Assembly: GCA_964016885.1 (NCBI GenBank)
Contig: OZ024743.1
Coordinates: 118,110,001-118,174,000, forward strand
DNA: 64,000 nt
Direction: 5' to 3'
Origin: Eledone cirrhosa
Taxonomy: Eukaryota
The notes beneath the pieces were generated by a model that saw nothing but the letters and a program-made list of their open reading frames with translations, made no database searches and was not told the origin of the DNA. Shown here in pieces: positions 1 through 12,540 of the stretch. The translations under genes were made by a program, and so were the position numbers. How positions within the stretch are numbered: the first letter of the stretch is position 1; every line of letters begins with the position of its first letter.

Positions 1-1
1 G

Positions 2-361
2 GACGCTCCTGGGGGGACTGGGAAAACTTTTGTCACCAAATTAATATTAGCAGAGATTAGGCGAACAGAAAGCATTACCTTAGATGTGGCATCATCTGGA
101 ATTGCAGTTACTTTCTTGCCGGGCGGCAGGACAGCTCACTCCTATTTCAAGCTCCCGCTTGACTTAGCGAAGACTGAGACACCCACTTTCAACATCAGTA
201 AGAGCTCAGATCAGGCAGAAGTGTTCAGACGATGCAAGCTTATCGTTTGGGACGAATGCACGATGGCCCACAGAGGTGCTCTTGAGGCGCTAGATAGAAC
301 TCTGAGAGACATCAAAGACACTACGACTCCAATGGGAGGCATAACACTTCTTCTTTCAGGG
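2..361 (+). pseudogene. Helitron RepHel PIF1-family helicase fragment, truncated
   Basis: The frame from nt 2 reads DAPGGTGKTF (Walker A)...ASSGIA...LPGGRTAHSYFKLPL...LIVWDECTM (Walker B)...ALDRTLRDI...MGGITLLLSG. These are PIF1/Helitron motifs. Homology stops just before the expected DFRQ motif. Confidence 0.9.
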
Positions 362-430
362 GAGCATCGAAAACACTACCCGAAAAGGAGAACTGGTCAA
401 CATCATCGGATGCTTCCGAAGCCGCAGGTG
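362..430 (-). mobile_element. Fragment of the RTE-tailed short element family
   Basis: ccgaaaaggagaactggtcaacatcatcggatgcttccgaagccgcag is the approximate reverse complement of ctgcggctcagtagttaccgatgatgttgaccttttcttcttttcgg at about 57202-57249 and of the copy at about 53615. Confidence 0.6.
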
Positions 431-905
431 TTTTTTTTTTCAGAGTTTACCTCTCGTAGAAAGGTATTTTGACAACAACTGGGGGCTTTTCACTCAGAGG
501 TGAAAAAAAGTACTATTTGGATGGCTCTCTGTGCTTTCAGTTTAGTAGGAATTCGTAACGTGATGCAAGCGGTTAGACGCAAGATCCCACTCATTCTTCA
601 GAAAGATACCCCGCCCAATTACTTTAGAAATTATCAGAAGCAACAACTAATCTATATTGAATATTAAAATATTTGTCTTACTTTCCATTGATTTTTCTTT
701 TGTATATCACGTCTACCGCTCAGTCATTCATTTTTCAATGCTTTTCTCTTATGCACACACACACTTATGCATAAACACTCAACATAAAAAGAGATGCGTA
801 TTGCACATACACTTAGTGAAATTGACGCATATACTTACTTATTCACACATAATGGAATGTATGTGAGAATATAACTTTGTGTCCCCATTTGTAAAGATAC
901 AGACG

Positions 906-936
<31 letters not shown>

Positions 937-1469
937 GGATGTATATATATATATGTGTGTGTGTGTGCGTTTCTGTATGTGCGTCATTGCGCGCGTGTGA
1001 GTGTGTGTGTGTAGAATTTCCCAATAATATATATTATTTAATAGGAATTAAGATCAAAATTATGTTTGGCATTAGGGCTCAATATTAGAATGAGGTTCGA
1101 CATGAAATGCTACAATCTTATTTTCACGGTTCGTTTCACTATAATGGATTTTGGTATATATATCATTTATATTCTTTACTTCCATTTGCTATTTGATTTT
1201 TTATCTTGTCAATCAATTGAAAACAGCACACCCAAACACATACACACACGTGTATGTGTGTGTAAAAATGTATAAGTACACCTACAGCAAAAGTATTAAT
1301 AACAGAAGTACGTTCAACAAGTAACAATAATACGTTTTTTTATTGACAACAAACAAAAATAATTTTTATAAAAAATATCAATTATAATAATAGCAACAAC
1401 AATGTTTACAATAATAATCTATAATCTAAGTTTTAATAATTGCAATTGCGATTACATTATTTTTTATCA

Positions 1470-1815
1470 TTATTGGCTGTCACTCGTGTCCATCATGAAG
1501 AAAGTACTTCTGCTCGCCTTTCACAGACTATACCAGGCAGTTTTTCCTCTTGTCAGCCTTGTATGGCAAACGTGGCAATGTGGTGGACAGAAACGATATT
1601 ACTGGGGACAATCAGAGCTTTTCCTCCCCAGCCAAGTACTTATCGACATAAGAGCTACTTAAAGAATATATTCATGGTGAGGTGTCACAATAAATGCGGA
1701 AAGGTTTGGGAGAGTGGTGAGGATAGTGAGAGTGAACTGAATGTGTCTTTTCTACCACAGACACTGTTGGCCAGATACCACATTGAGAAAAGAATAGCAC
1801 TTACTTGCCCTCGGT
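1470..1815 (-). pseudogene. Possible highly decayed piggyBac-like transposase C-terminal remnant
   Basis: Minus-strand pieces W*KDTF and LPYKADKRKNCLV*SVKG loosely resemble the WWKK..F motif and the Cys-rich tail. Very degenerate. Confidence 0.25.
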
Positions 1816-2486
1816 AATGTGTGTAACCCAAATCAGTAGAATATCTCTGATTGGCTCTAGTTTATTCCTGTATGGGTAAATCATTAGAGCTCTAAGAATT
1901 CCACCACAATACCTAGTACTTTATGTATCTGCTAAGAAAAGATATAATGATTTGAACTCAGAACACTGAGATCCGGAACAAATTACGCGAAGTATTTTGT
2001 GCAATGCCAATTTACTGCATTCCGTATGAGATGTAAGTTGCTTACATTAAATGGTATACGATTGTAAGTGAAAACCTGTGTAGCTATGAATACAAGTACG
2101 AATGTTGTTTCACTGATGAGTGTAAGCCTAGAGTGCGATGTACTGTATGATTATATTTTGCATAGGGATACGTAATACTCTATTTCACGTTATTTTACAA
2201 TAGTAAAGTGTATTCATAAGTTAGCGTGTCACGGTACATGCGACTTTCTTCAAGCGTGGGGTTTATGTATGTGTACGATTAAATTTTATGTGTAATTTTC
2301 TGTATGAATATAGCGTACACATGTTCGCCGAATATATCCTCTATTAAGCCCTCAGTTACAGATATTAAAACAATAGTTATTTTGTCACAAATATTATCCG
2401 AAACATTGAACTAATTACTGAAAATTGATACGGAATGTAAATCTCATTTTGAAATACCAGTAAAGAATGTTATAGCACACAATGAA

Positions 2487-2530
<44 letters not shown>

Positions 2531-3672
2531 ATATATAGGTGTGTGTTTATATATATTTCCTTCTAAGCTCTTGGAGGTATCGTATGCATGTACATATATA
2601 CATGCATATATATATTTATATATGTGTGTGTGTATGTGCGTGTGTATGTATGTGTGCGTGTGTCTATGTGTGTGTGGGGGGGGGGGGTACATAAGGTTTT
2701 CTTGATGTATGTCAGGAATGAATTTTTAAACAAGAAAGCTGCTTACCAGAGAGTTTGACTCGAGGGTATCTTTTGAATCTTATAGCATTAATATAAGTAT
2801 GTATTGCACCACGAATAATGAAACGTCGGCGTGAAGAGATTATGAATTTATTTACTTTGATATATGTTTCTGTGTCTAGTATAAATTGTATATATATGCT
2901 GACTACCATATATATTGTTCAATCATATGCAATACTTAATTATTTATTACATTTCATAAGAAAGCCTATAGTAGTGAAATTCAACTATTCACTACGTGGT
3001 AGAATTCAGTAATGAGATTTTTGTTGAGAAAATGTAAATAAGTTAAAAATTGCGTGAAATACAGTAAGTTAGTGTGATAGTAGAGAGGAGTGGGGTAAAG
3101 GAGTTTCACACTATCCATCTCCGTGCTGTGATGTGGAACAATTATACTTTGCCCATTGTTATAGGGGGGGGGGGTGATGTTTATATTGTATGGGGTATAA
3201 AGGTATAAAGAGTGGGATAGAGAATCATAGGGTAAAGATGAAGTGTAGGCTAGAGTGGGTAAGGAGGAAAGGAATTAAGAAAATGGGATTGTTTTGAATA
3301 TTACTGAATCCATTGGATATGAAAAGTTAAAATGCCACAGGAAATATATCAAATAGGATATAATAAAACCTAGGTATTAGGGATCAAATCTTGTTCTAGT
3401 TCAGTTTGTATTTAGCGAAGGTGTTTAGACTTGTGTTTGCAATTAAATATCCTATTGTGCCGGGAATTTAGAAGGTCTTTTTCGATCGCTATTTCAATTA
3501 CCCCCGCCAAACATAATTCACAGGCGCGTCTTTCATTCCAGTATGCACGGACCATTGTAATGTGTATTCAATATTACCGTGTTTCAGATCGCAGATCGTC
3601 GATTCAAAGTCTCTGATAAGCAGCTTTCTTGTTTAAACAAGTCTAGAGACTTTTCAGACCAGTCTATTAGAT

Positions 3673-4060
3673 ATGGTCACTAATATCAAGTTCGATAAAC
3701 ATCGATACCACAGCAAATTCCAACGGAACCTAAAAATAACTATGGATAAATTAGCAAAAATGAAAGATATACTCATCCCTGCCGATAAAACAGGCAATAT
3801 ATACTTCCTAGACATTGAGACTTATAGGAACTTTAAAGTTAAGGAACTGAATAAGAAATATAGAAAAACAGATGTGTTAAGTCTACCATTGATAACATTA
3901 ATAGAGAAGGCCTTAAGATAGTCAATCGCTTCGGCATAGCTGACAGAAAAGAACCATTTTTACCCCGACTTCAAAATTTTAACCTGAAAGACCACAAAGA
4001 CAACTTTGAATCTAACCCCTCAATTAGACTAATATGTCCCTCTAAATCTAACACAGGATG
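3673..4060 (+). pseudogene. Penelope-like element RT, N-terminal part, frameshifted
   Basis: ILIPADKTGNIY..., then in a shifted frame LKDHKDNFESNPSIRLICPSKSNTG. These match the PLE RT motifs ADKT.N.Y and LKDHK.NF...P..RLI.P.KS..G. Confidence 0.85.
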
Positions 4061-5167
4061 TATATATATACAGAGTAGACCTGGGCGTCGTATGTGTATC
4101 AAAGCTCTAGAAGGTGTGATATTTCGGAACGCCGCTGACTTCGTAGAGATATCCTGCCAGCAGCTGCTGAAGGTAATGTTTCGCAGTGAAAGCTGTATGT
4201 CGAATATATGTACGTGTACCTAATATATGTATGAAGGGGTCGTCCTAGGATCGTTGTGACATAAGGCGCCTTGGACACTTAAAACCTAGTGCAGTTCATT
4301 AACTCTCAATGTCTGAACACAGTTAAATTTTAAAGAAATAGAGATTTAGCGGAAGAGGGCAAGATAGATAGATAAAGACAGAGAGAAGAATTAAAAAGGT
4401 GATATAAAGAAAGAATCGACAACATTAGTGGATGAAAGTCAAAGTTTACTTCAGGAAGATTTGAAATCAGAGAGCTCAGACAGTGGATATACGAATTCAG
4501 TAAAGCACTCTGTCTGGCGTTCTATTGACTTAACCCCTTCGCTCCCTATATACATATATATTGGTTGTATGCTATTGCGTGTTTGTCTGCATACGCGCAT
4601 TCGTATGTGGTGTAAGAAATAAAATTCGACAAGATTATTTTGTATTTCAATTGCTGAATTATCAATCAGTTTGTATTGCCCATAATCATATGTATATATG
4701 ATTGATGTTTCTGAATTATATATAGAAATATATGTCATAAGCGAGAAGAAAACCTAGAAAAATTGTCGTAGTTTACATATTTCCTAATATATTTCGTTAA
4801 CAAAATGCTAATAGCCCTTCCCATAAATCGAAGAGCAATAATCTTTGGAAAGCTTTTTGTAAGCATTCTAAAATTCCTCGATGTTTTCAGATAGGGCTTA
4901 TATAACACCATTTCGTTAATATATGGATACATTACTAGAATTTTTTTTTTTTTTTTTGAGGATGATTGAAATACTATAGAAATACCGCTGTCCCGTACAT
5001 TTCTTTATTAAACATTTGTAAATCTTAAAAAAAGTATATGCTGTAAAAATTCATAAAATTTTCAATATAAGAATTTGCAATATTATTTGAAAGTGATTCT
5101 CCACCCTGCATACGCGTCTTTCTCCTTCTTTGTAAATCACGCGTACACACACGCGCGCTAGTACGAA

Positions 5168-5238
<71 letters not shown>

Positions 5239-5270
5239 TATATTACATATATATGTATGTGTGTGTGTGC

Positions 5271-5323
<53 letters not shown>

Positions 5324-5452
5324 GTAATTAAGAGTATTCCAAAGCTTGGTAGAACAAGTTGTGAGGAAAGTTCTCAACATATGTTAAGGTGACTCAACAG
5401 GTTGGAAGGGATTCAGTAGTGGAAACACGAACAAACGAGGAGTGTAATCAAA

Positions 5453-5605
5453 GAAGAGAGAAATAGGACGAAGGTAAACAGTTACAAAAGAATTTAATCC
5501 ACGTATTCATATACGTGGAATATATGTGGAATACGTGGATTAAATATACGTGGAATACGTGGATTAAATTATTTTGTAACTGTTTACTTTCGTCCTATTT
5601 CTCTC

Positions 5606-5608
<3 letters not shown>
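5453..5608. repeat. Inverted repeat (about 55-bp arms) with internal ATACGTGGA reiterations, abutting (TA)n
   Basis: gaagagagaaataggacgaaggtaaacagttacaaaagaatttaatccacgtattc pairs with gaatacgtggattaaattattttgtaactgtttactttcgtcctatttctctcttc. Confidence 0.9.
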
Positions 5609-5655
<47 letters not shown>

Positions 5656-5704
5656 GTGTGTGTGTGAGTTTGTGTGTGTGTGTATGTATATATATACATA
5701 CATA

Positions 5705-6025
5705 TGAAAGGTAAAAAGCCCGGCTTCGTTTACGATTGACTAAGGAATTGCACCCAGAAAGTCCGGGTAAGCTGATTTTCAGGAAGATCAAAAGTCGCCC
5801 ATGCAAACCAGTCTCCCCTCTCTAAGCTACCGGTGTTATCCAAGGGAAAGGGAAAGTCCGATACAGCTTAGCTCAAGTGACGTCCATCTCATTTCTACAA
5901 CTGAATGGATATAGTGTTAACGGAAAATATAGTGTTTTGCTCAAATAAACAATGCATTGACTGGTCCGGGATTCGAACTTCCAACCTAACGATTCTGAAT
6001 TTAAATCTCTAGCCAGTAAGCAACG
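5705..6025 (-). mobile_element. tRNA-derived SINE, degenerate, with a CORE-like body
   Basis: The minus strand reads tggctagag...gttcgaatcccgg (A/B-box-like) followed by ttgagcaaaacact...ccattcagttgtagaaatgag. Confidence 0.6.
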
Positions 6026-6124
6026 AACCTTTCCTACATTTTAAAATGTCAGTCCCGTTCATTTCTTTATTGACACACTCCCCATATATATATATATACA
6101 TGATATATTCAAACAAACACGCAC

Positions 6125-6196
<72 letters not shown>

Positions 6197-6400
6197 TTAA
6201 TTATACTATTTATGGTTATGTAAATACAAAAACCTTATGCAGTTATATGTATTTTTTATACAAACCCTAAATAGTGGTAGGCAGCAATGTATTACTACCT
6301 TATTACCAGTAAGTTAAGTAGCTCAATGTAAAAACATCAGATGATTTACAGAGCAGTTATATGAAATATAAGAATCAAAGAACTGTTCAAAACATTATTG

Positions 6401-6447
6401 TGCTTACAGCTGTTTCCTCCAAACCGAGGTTTGGATTCTTCGGAGCA
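6401..6447 (-). ncRNA. Mirror copy of the 6576-6622 hammerhead
   Basis: The reverse complement of tgcttacagctgtttcctccaaaccgaggtttggattcttcggagca gives the same motif. Confidence 0.75.
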
Positions 6448-6575
6448 ATTTATTAATGAATGGACAGTTATATGACCTCCTTTTCAGCCAAGAGACATAC
6501 CGATACATATGCATATGTATCGGTATATCTCTTGCCTGAAAAGAAGGTCATATAACTGTCCATTAATTTATAAAT

Positions 6576-6622
6576 TGCTCCGAAGAATCCAAACCTCGGT
6601 TTGGAGGAAACAGCTGTAAGCA
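6576..6622 (+). ncRNA. Minimal type I hammerhead ribozyme (U4C variant)
   Basis: tgct-CCGAAGA-a-tccaaac(ctcg)gtttgga-g-GAAAC-agct-GTA-agca. Stem I is tgct/agca, stem II has 7 bp, stem III is the palindrome ACAGCTGT and the site is GUA. Confidence 0.75.
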
Positions 6623-6669
6623 CAATAATGTTTTGAACAGTTCTTTGATTCTTATATTTCATATATTTC

Positions 6670-6720
<51 letters not shown>

Positions 6721-6755
6721 CCGTGTGTGTGTGTGTCTGTGTGTCTGTGTGTCTG

Positions 6756-7045
<290 letters not shown>

Positions 7046-7049
7046 CACA

Positions 7050-7191
<142 letters not shown>

Positions 7192-7528
7192 CATATATAA
7201 GTATAAGGATAAAGATCCCATAATTCCTTGCGGAGTCGTAGAGGCACCGTCATACAGCGTGTCTAGGGCACTTTTAAAAATCGCGGTGTGCCCAACCCTC
7301 TTCAGGTCTGATTCACAGCCGATTTTTTTCTATAGACCTCGAAAGGATGAAACGCAAAGTGGAACCTGGCGGAATTTGAACTCGAACGCGCAATGTGGTA
7401 AAGGGAATTCTTTAAAAACTTGAATTCCCTTTACTTTAAATCCATTAACCAATGACCTCCACCCATCCTAATCACCAGGCTCCTGCCACCAGAAAATGTA
7501 TAAAAACTGCCATATTACTCGGACATTC

Positions 7529-7579
7529 GGCTTCCTGGTGATTCCTTCCGAATGAAACAGTTCTAGTCCTATAGAAGCC
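7529..7579 (+). ncRNA. Degenerate type I hammerhead (family A variant)
   Basis: ggcttc-CTGGTGA-ttccttccgaat-GAAACAG-ttctagtc-CTATA-gaagcc. Stem I ggcttc/gaagcc is compensatory relative to gagattc/gaatctc in other copies. The core has A6G. Confidence 0.7.
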
Positions 7580-7592
7580 ATTTCTATATTAA

Positions 7593-7766
<174 letters not shown>

Positions 7767-7821
7767 ATATGCATACATGTATATATATACATTTTTATAC
7801 CATTTTTATTTGTTGATACCC

Positions 7822-7955
7822 AGATTCCTGATGATTTCTAATGAATGAAACAGTTCTAGTCCTGTATAATCTCATCTATATTAAAACTTTTATACTCTGC
7901 TATGTATTGAGTACCTTACTTACTGTGGTTACCTCCGATTCAACCCGGAATAACG
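7822..7955 (+). mobile_element. PLE pseudo-LTR-like unit (family A) with hammerhead at 7822-7872, ending in (TA)n
   Basis: agattc-CTGATGA-tttctaatgaat-GAAACAG-ttctagtc-CTGTA-taatct. The downstream 80 bp is nearly identical to 20245-20328. Confidence 0.8.
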
Positions 7956-7987
<32 letters not shown>

Positions 7988-8089
7988 AAAGTTTACATAT
8001 ATATATATATACATACATATACATATACGTGTTTTGCAACTGGTCACTTTTTGGCTCATTGAAAAATTTATAAATTAAACAATCAGAGC

Positions 8090-8912
<823 letters not shown>

Positions 8913-8947
8913 GTGGATATGTATAGATATATATATATGTGGATTTG

Positions 8948-9086
<139 letters not shown>

Positions 9087-9286
9087 TATATCTATACATA
9101 TACATATATATATATATGCATATATATATATATATATACATATATATATACAAGTTAATATATGGTATTTGTGTTTTATCATATATAATAATTTATATTA
9201 ACTTGTATTACACGGCTCAGAAATACTTCTTTCTTTGAGATATTTCATTGTAAAAGACTGGTTGAGTTTAGAACTCATTATTCTTA

Positions 9287-9341
<55 letters not shown>

Positions 9342-9346
<5 letters not shown>

Positions 9347-9949
9347 GTAAGTATGCATGTATACGTACATACATATATGTATACAGACGTACAGTAGCAT
9401 GCACATATATATATATACATATATACATACATATGCATACAGGCACACATACATATATGCACGTATCAGTTTAGCGGCGCTAACGTCGCTTTGTTCGTTT
9501 GTAAACAAACTGAACAGCCTGAATTTATGCCATACGGTGTTAAGGCAACCACGTCACCTTTTTGTTCAACACTGACACAGGAACGATGTACTAGTTTCAA
9601 GCTTGTTAGCTATCATCAGCACCGTTTACCCATCTGCCAGATAGTTGAACGTTCGAAAGTATATACTTTCCTTATGAAAATTAACGGCTGAGCAGCCTAA
9701 TTTGCATATTGAGTGAGTTAAATCGGTCAGGCATACCGAAAACGATAAATTGAAACAAAATGAAAACGAAATTTCATTTCTCACTCTTAGTATGGCACTT
9801 ACTTAAATGTAAGTATGCATGTATACGTACATACATATATGTATACAGACGTACAGTAGCATGCACATATATATATATATATACATATATACATACATAT
9901 GCATACAGGTACACATACATATATGCACGTATCAGTTTAGCGGCGCTAA
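9342..9949 (+). repeat. Direct repeats of about 145 bp (9342-9483 and 9804-9949) flanking a 320-bp unique segment
   Basis: taaatgtaagtatgcatgtatacg...gtatcagtttagcggcgctaa occurs twice, almost identically. Confidence 0.9.
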
Positions 9950-9956
9950 ATATATA

Positions 9957-10060
<104 letters not shown>

Positions 10061-10134
10061 GCCTTAACAACTCCCTGGCAGCATCCAATAGTGTTGGCAA
10101 CGGCATCCGCAGACCCAACCAGAATAACCGCGAA

Positions 10135-10728
10135 ATGACTGGGGAACATGCAGGACATGACGTGCGGAATAACAATCGCACCACCCCGCGTGCTGTGGGT
10201 TGTAATGGTGCTAACGACAGCTGTGGTAGCGTAGGTAACAACGTAGGCAGCAACAATGATAGCCTTACCGTCGGAAATAGACGGAACCGCGACAGAAATT
10301 GCAACTGCCGCGACAGAGGACGCCCCCCCCTTAGAGGATACTGCTTGACTGATAGGGTTATATATAGATGCACTATTACTAGCTACAATAGCGTTAAACA
10401 TTATATAGGGGCTACCTCCGGCCCGTTCAAAATTAGGTTTCGAACACATCTCCACTCTTTCACAAATAGAAAACTAAGGCACTCCACTTCGCTCGCGCAC
10501 TACATCACATCACTAAAGGACATAAACATCAGCTTCTCCACGCACTGGGAGATTGTCGGCAGGGCTGCACCGTACAACTTCAAGAGGAAATGCGATCTTT
10601 GCCTCATGGAGCTCTACCACATCATAACTGCACCCCACGAGCTCATCAACAGCAGAGCTGAAACAGCGATAAGTTGTACACATCGCTTAAAAATATCCTT
10701 CTTCACATGGGTTAAGGATGAAGAGTGA
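10135..10728 (+). CDS. PLE GIY-YIG endonuclease domain (C-terminal part of the PLE ORF; true start lost)
   Basis: CNCR...PL.G.CL...VIYRC...HYIGATSGPFKIRFRTH..SF...STSLAHYI..LK...WEIV...Y...CDLCL.E...LINSR.E...CTH. Confidence 0.88.
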   Translation: MTGEHAGHDVRNNNRTTPRAVGCNGANDSCGSVGNNVGSNNDSLTVGNRRNRDRNCNCRDRGRPPLRGYCLTDRVIYRCTITSYNSVKHYIGATSGPFKIRFRTHLHSFTNRKLRHSTSLAHYITSLKDINISFSTHWEIVGRAAPYNFKRKCDLCLMELYHIITAPHELINSRAETAISCTHRLKISFFTWVKDEE

Positions 10729-11028
10729 AACCGTACACCGGATCTCCCTGCAACAAGTCTTAACACCACGGCGGGCAGGCGCTGCAAAATAACACCCAGG
10801 AAACAATCCTTGCATACCAGACCCAGCCTCAGACAAACAGATGCGGCAGAAAAAAAAAAATTAAAATAAAAAATTGTCCGGGAAAGACTGCCCTAACACC
10901 GGCCAGAGTTACCTCCCTTGACCTGCTGCAAAATCAAAACAAGATATTTTTGCGAGCAATGAACCTTGATGTGGATTTAACCCCCAAAACTCTTTCCGGG
11001 CAATATAAGGAACACTTGTGATTATTTA

Positions 11029-11068
11029 TGCCCTTGAGAAGCCCAACTGGGCGAAACGTACGTAGGTA
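11029..11068 (+). ncRNA. Degenerate minimal hammerhead in the PLE 3' pseudo-LTR
   Basis: tgcc-cttgagaa-gccc(aact)gggc-GAAAC-gtac-GTA-ggta. The stems are intact and the CUGANGA box is mutated. Confidence 0.7.
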
Positions 11069-11699
11069 CTGTTTTAAATAAACATGTTTTAACGGTCTAT
11101 TCTCCGATCTTTTACTTTCCCACGTATATATATATATATATATATATATTAATGCACTTTTCGTCATCCCCAAGTACTATCTTGCTTCTTGTAAAATGAG
11201 TCCTTGTCATTCCCCGAGGCTTATAAGCTCGGTGATTTTCCCGGTTTCCCTGGAGTTAAGCGACTGAGCGTACGAGACTCCATCCTGGATAGAACGCCAA
11301 TTAATCACAGGGTAAATCCCGCAGCTATCGCTGGCACTTGTTTTCAACTGAGTATACTGCAGCAACGTAAAATTAATTGATCTAGTCAAGAACCCAACTC
11401 AACCCGACCACGAATAGAACTCTCTACATTATGATGGTAAGTCTGACACCCTAACCCTTAGAACACATACCTCCACAGCAGCGCTTTCAGTAGTGCTAAC
11501 TAGGTAACTGAAATTTGAAATCGGGAAGCTGTTACAAAGGCGTATAGTGTATAGTATTATATGTCATGGTAACATGAGATGCAAACATGTCGGTTGATTG
11601 CGCTGTATCGCCCTCTCCACTAGAGTTGATAAATAGTTGTCAGTAAACAGTCTGCTGAGGTTAATATATATAACATGCCGGTGTCCTTGCTACTGGTGT

Positions 11700-12540
11700 G
11701 AGACTAGTCTCTGATTAAGCAAAATCATTCATCTGGAGTATATGTTCGGAATTGATGCAGGATTTCATTATGCATGCCATTTCAGGTTTGAGGAATGACC
11801 GTTCTGCATAGCTGAAGACACGTTGGGCTAATTTGGTTAAAGTGTTTCTTTTGGGGAATATCCGGGCTTACTTTAATATATGCAACCATTCGCAGCGACA
11901 ATGCTGGCAATAATGGCCCATGCGGTGATTAGGGGTTGTAGCTTTGACAAAATATCTCTGATTATTCTGCTAATCCTGTTCACTAGTTTCCTAGCTATAG
12001 CTAGGGTGTGTTTGCTGGAGGTCTAACCTATATATACTGCTTACTCATTACTTCCTACATGGAGAGTACTTGCCTGATTTGATGTCCAAACCGCCAATAT
12101 TGCTTAGGTAGGAACTGTATTTGCTGTTTTAGCAGAGCTCTTTGAAGTTCGTTTTTGAACTCACCTGACGTGGCCTTTCATATAGCTTCAAGTAGCCAAG
12201 CCATCATCTCTGCATAGGGTAGAACTATGAGAATGCATTCCTGTTTTAAGTGAGTAGCGGATAAATAACGTCAACATACTCAGTCATACCATAGGCGACC
12301 ATGAAAGTTTCAAACAGCAGATCCCTTTTCTTTTTTAAACAGTGATAGTTGACGTGGAACAGTAACTACTTCGTGGCATTGGGAAGTATTCTAATATCAA
12401 GGTCACTATTCCTGATGGATTATTTCGTGAGGTCTACATCTTTCGCTACCTGTGTTTTTGATATAGACGGATAAACTTTCATGATATCGAACTCGATAAA
12501 ATTAAGTTGATTGCTCTATTTTTCGTTTTGTATCCAAATT
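11700..12540 (-). pseudogene. Decayed Penelope-like RT on the minus strand
   Basis: The minus strand gives FIEFDIMKVYPSIS (motif FDI..FYPSI), LCRDDGL (motif LYRDDGL), LDIKSGKYSP and YNP pieces, with many stops and frameshifts. Confidence 0.75.

Larger units (their letters stand above)
6358..6665. repeat. Near-perfect palindrome (about 154-bp arms, no spacer) carrying an HHR on each strand
   Basis: The centre is ...cgatacatatg|catatgtatcg... at 6511/6512. The arms differ at only a handful of positions. Confidence 0.95.

Noticed and set aside
86-472. Host PIF1 gene
   Set aside because: The motifs are Helitron-type, and homology ends abruptly at another repeat with no splice donor, so the ORF tail is spurious.
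3606-3653. Possible hammerhead upstream of the PLE RT fragment
   Set aside because: Flanking complementarity exists (aaagtctct/agagacttt), but both core boxes are mutated and the register does not fit.
4735-4932. ORF beginning MYPYIN, resembling an RT motif
   Set aside because: The upstream catalytic Asp and any further RT motifs are absent.
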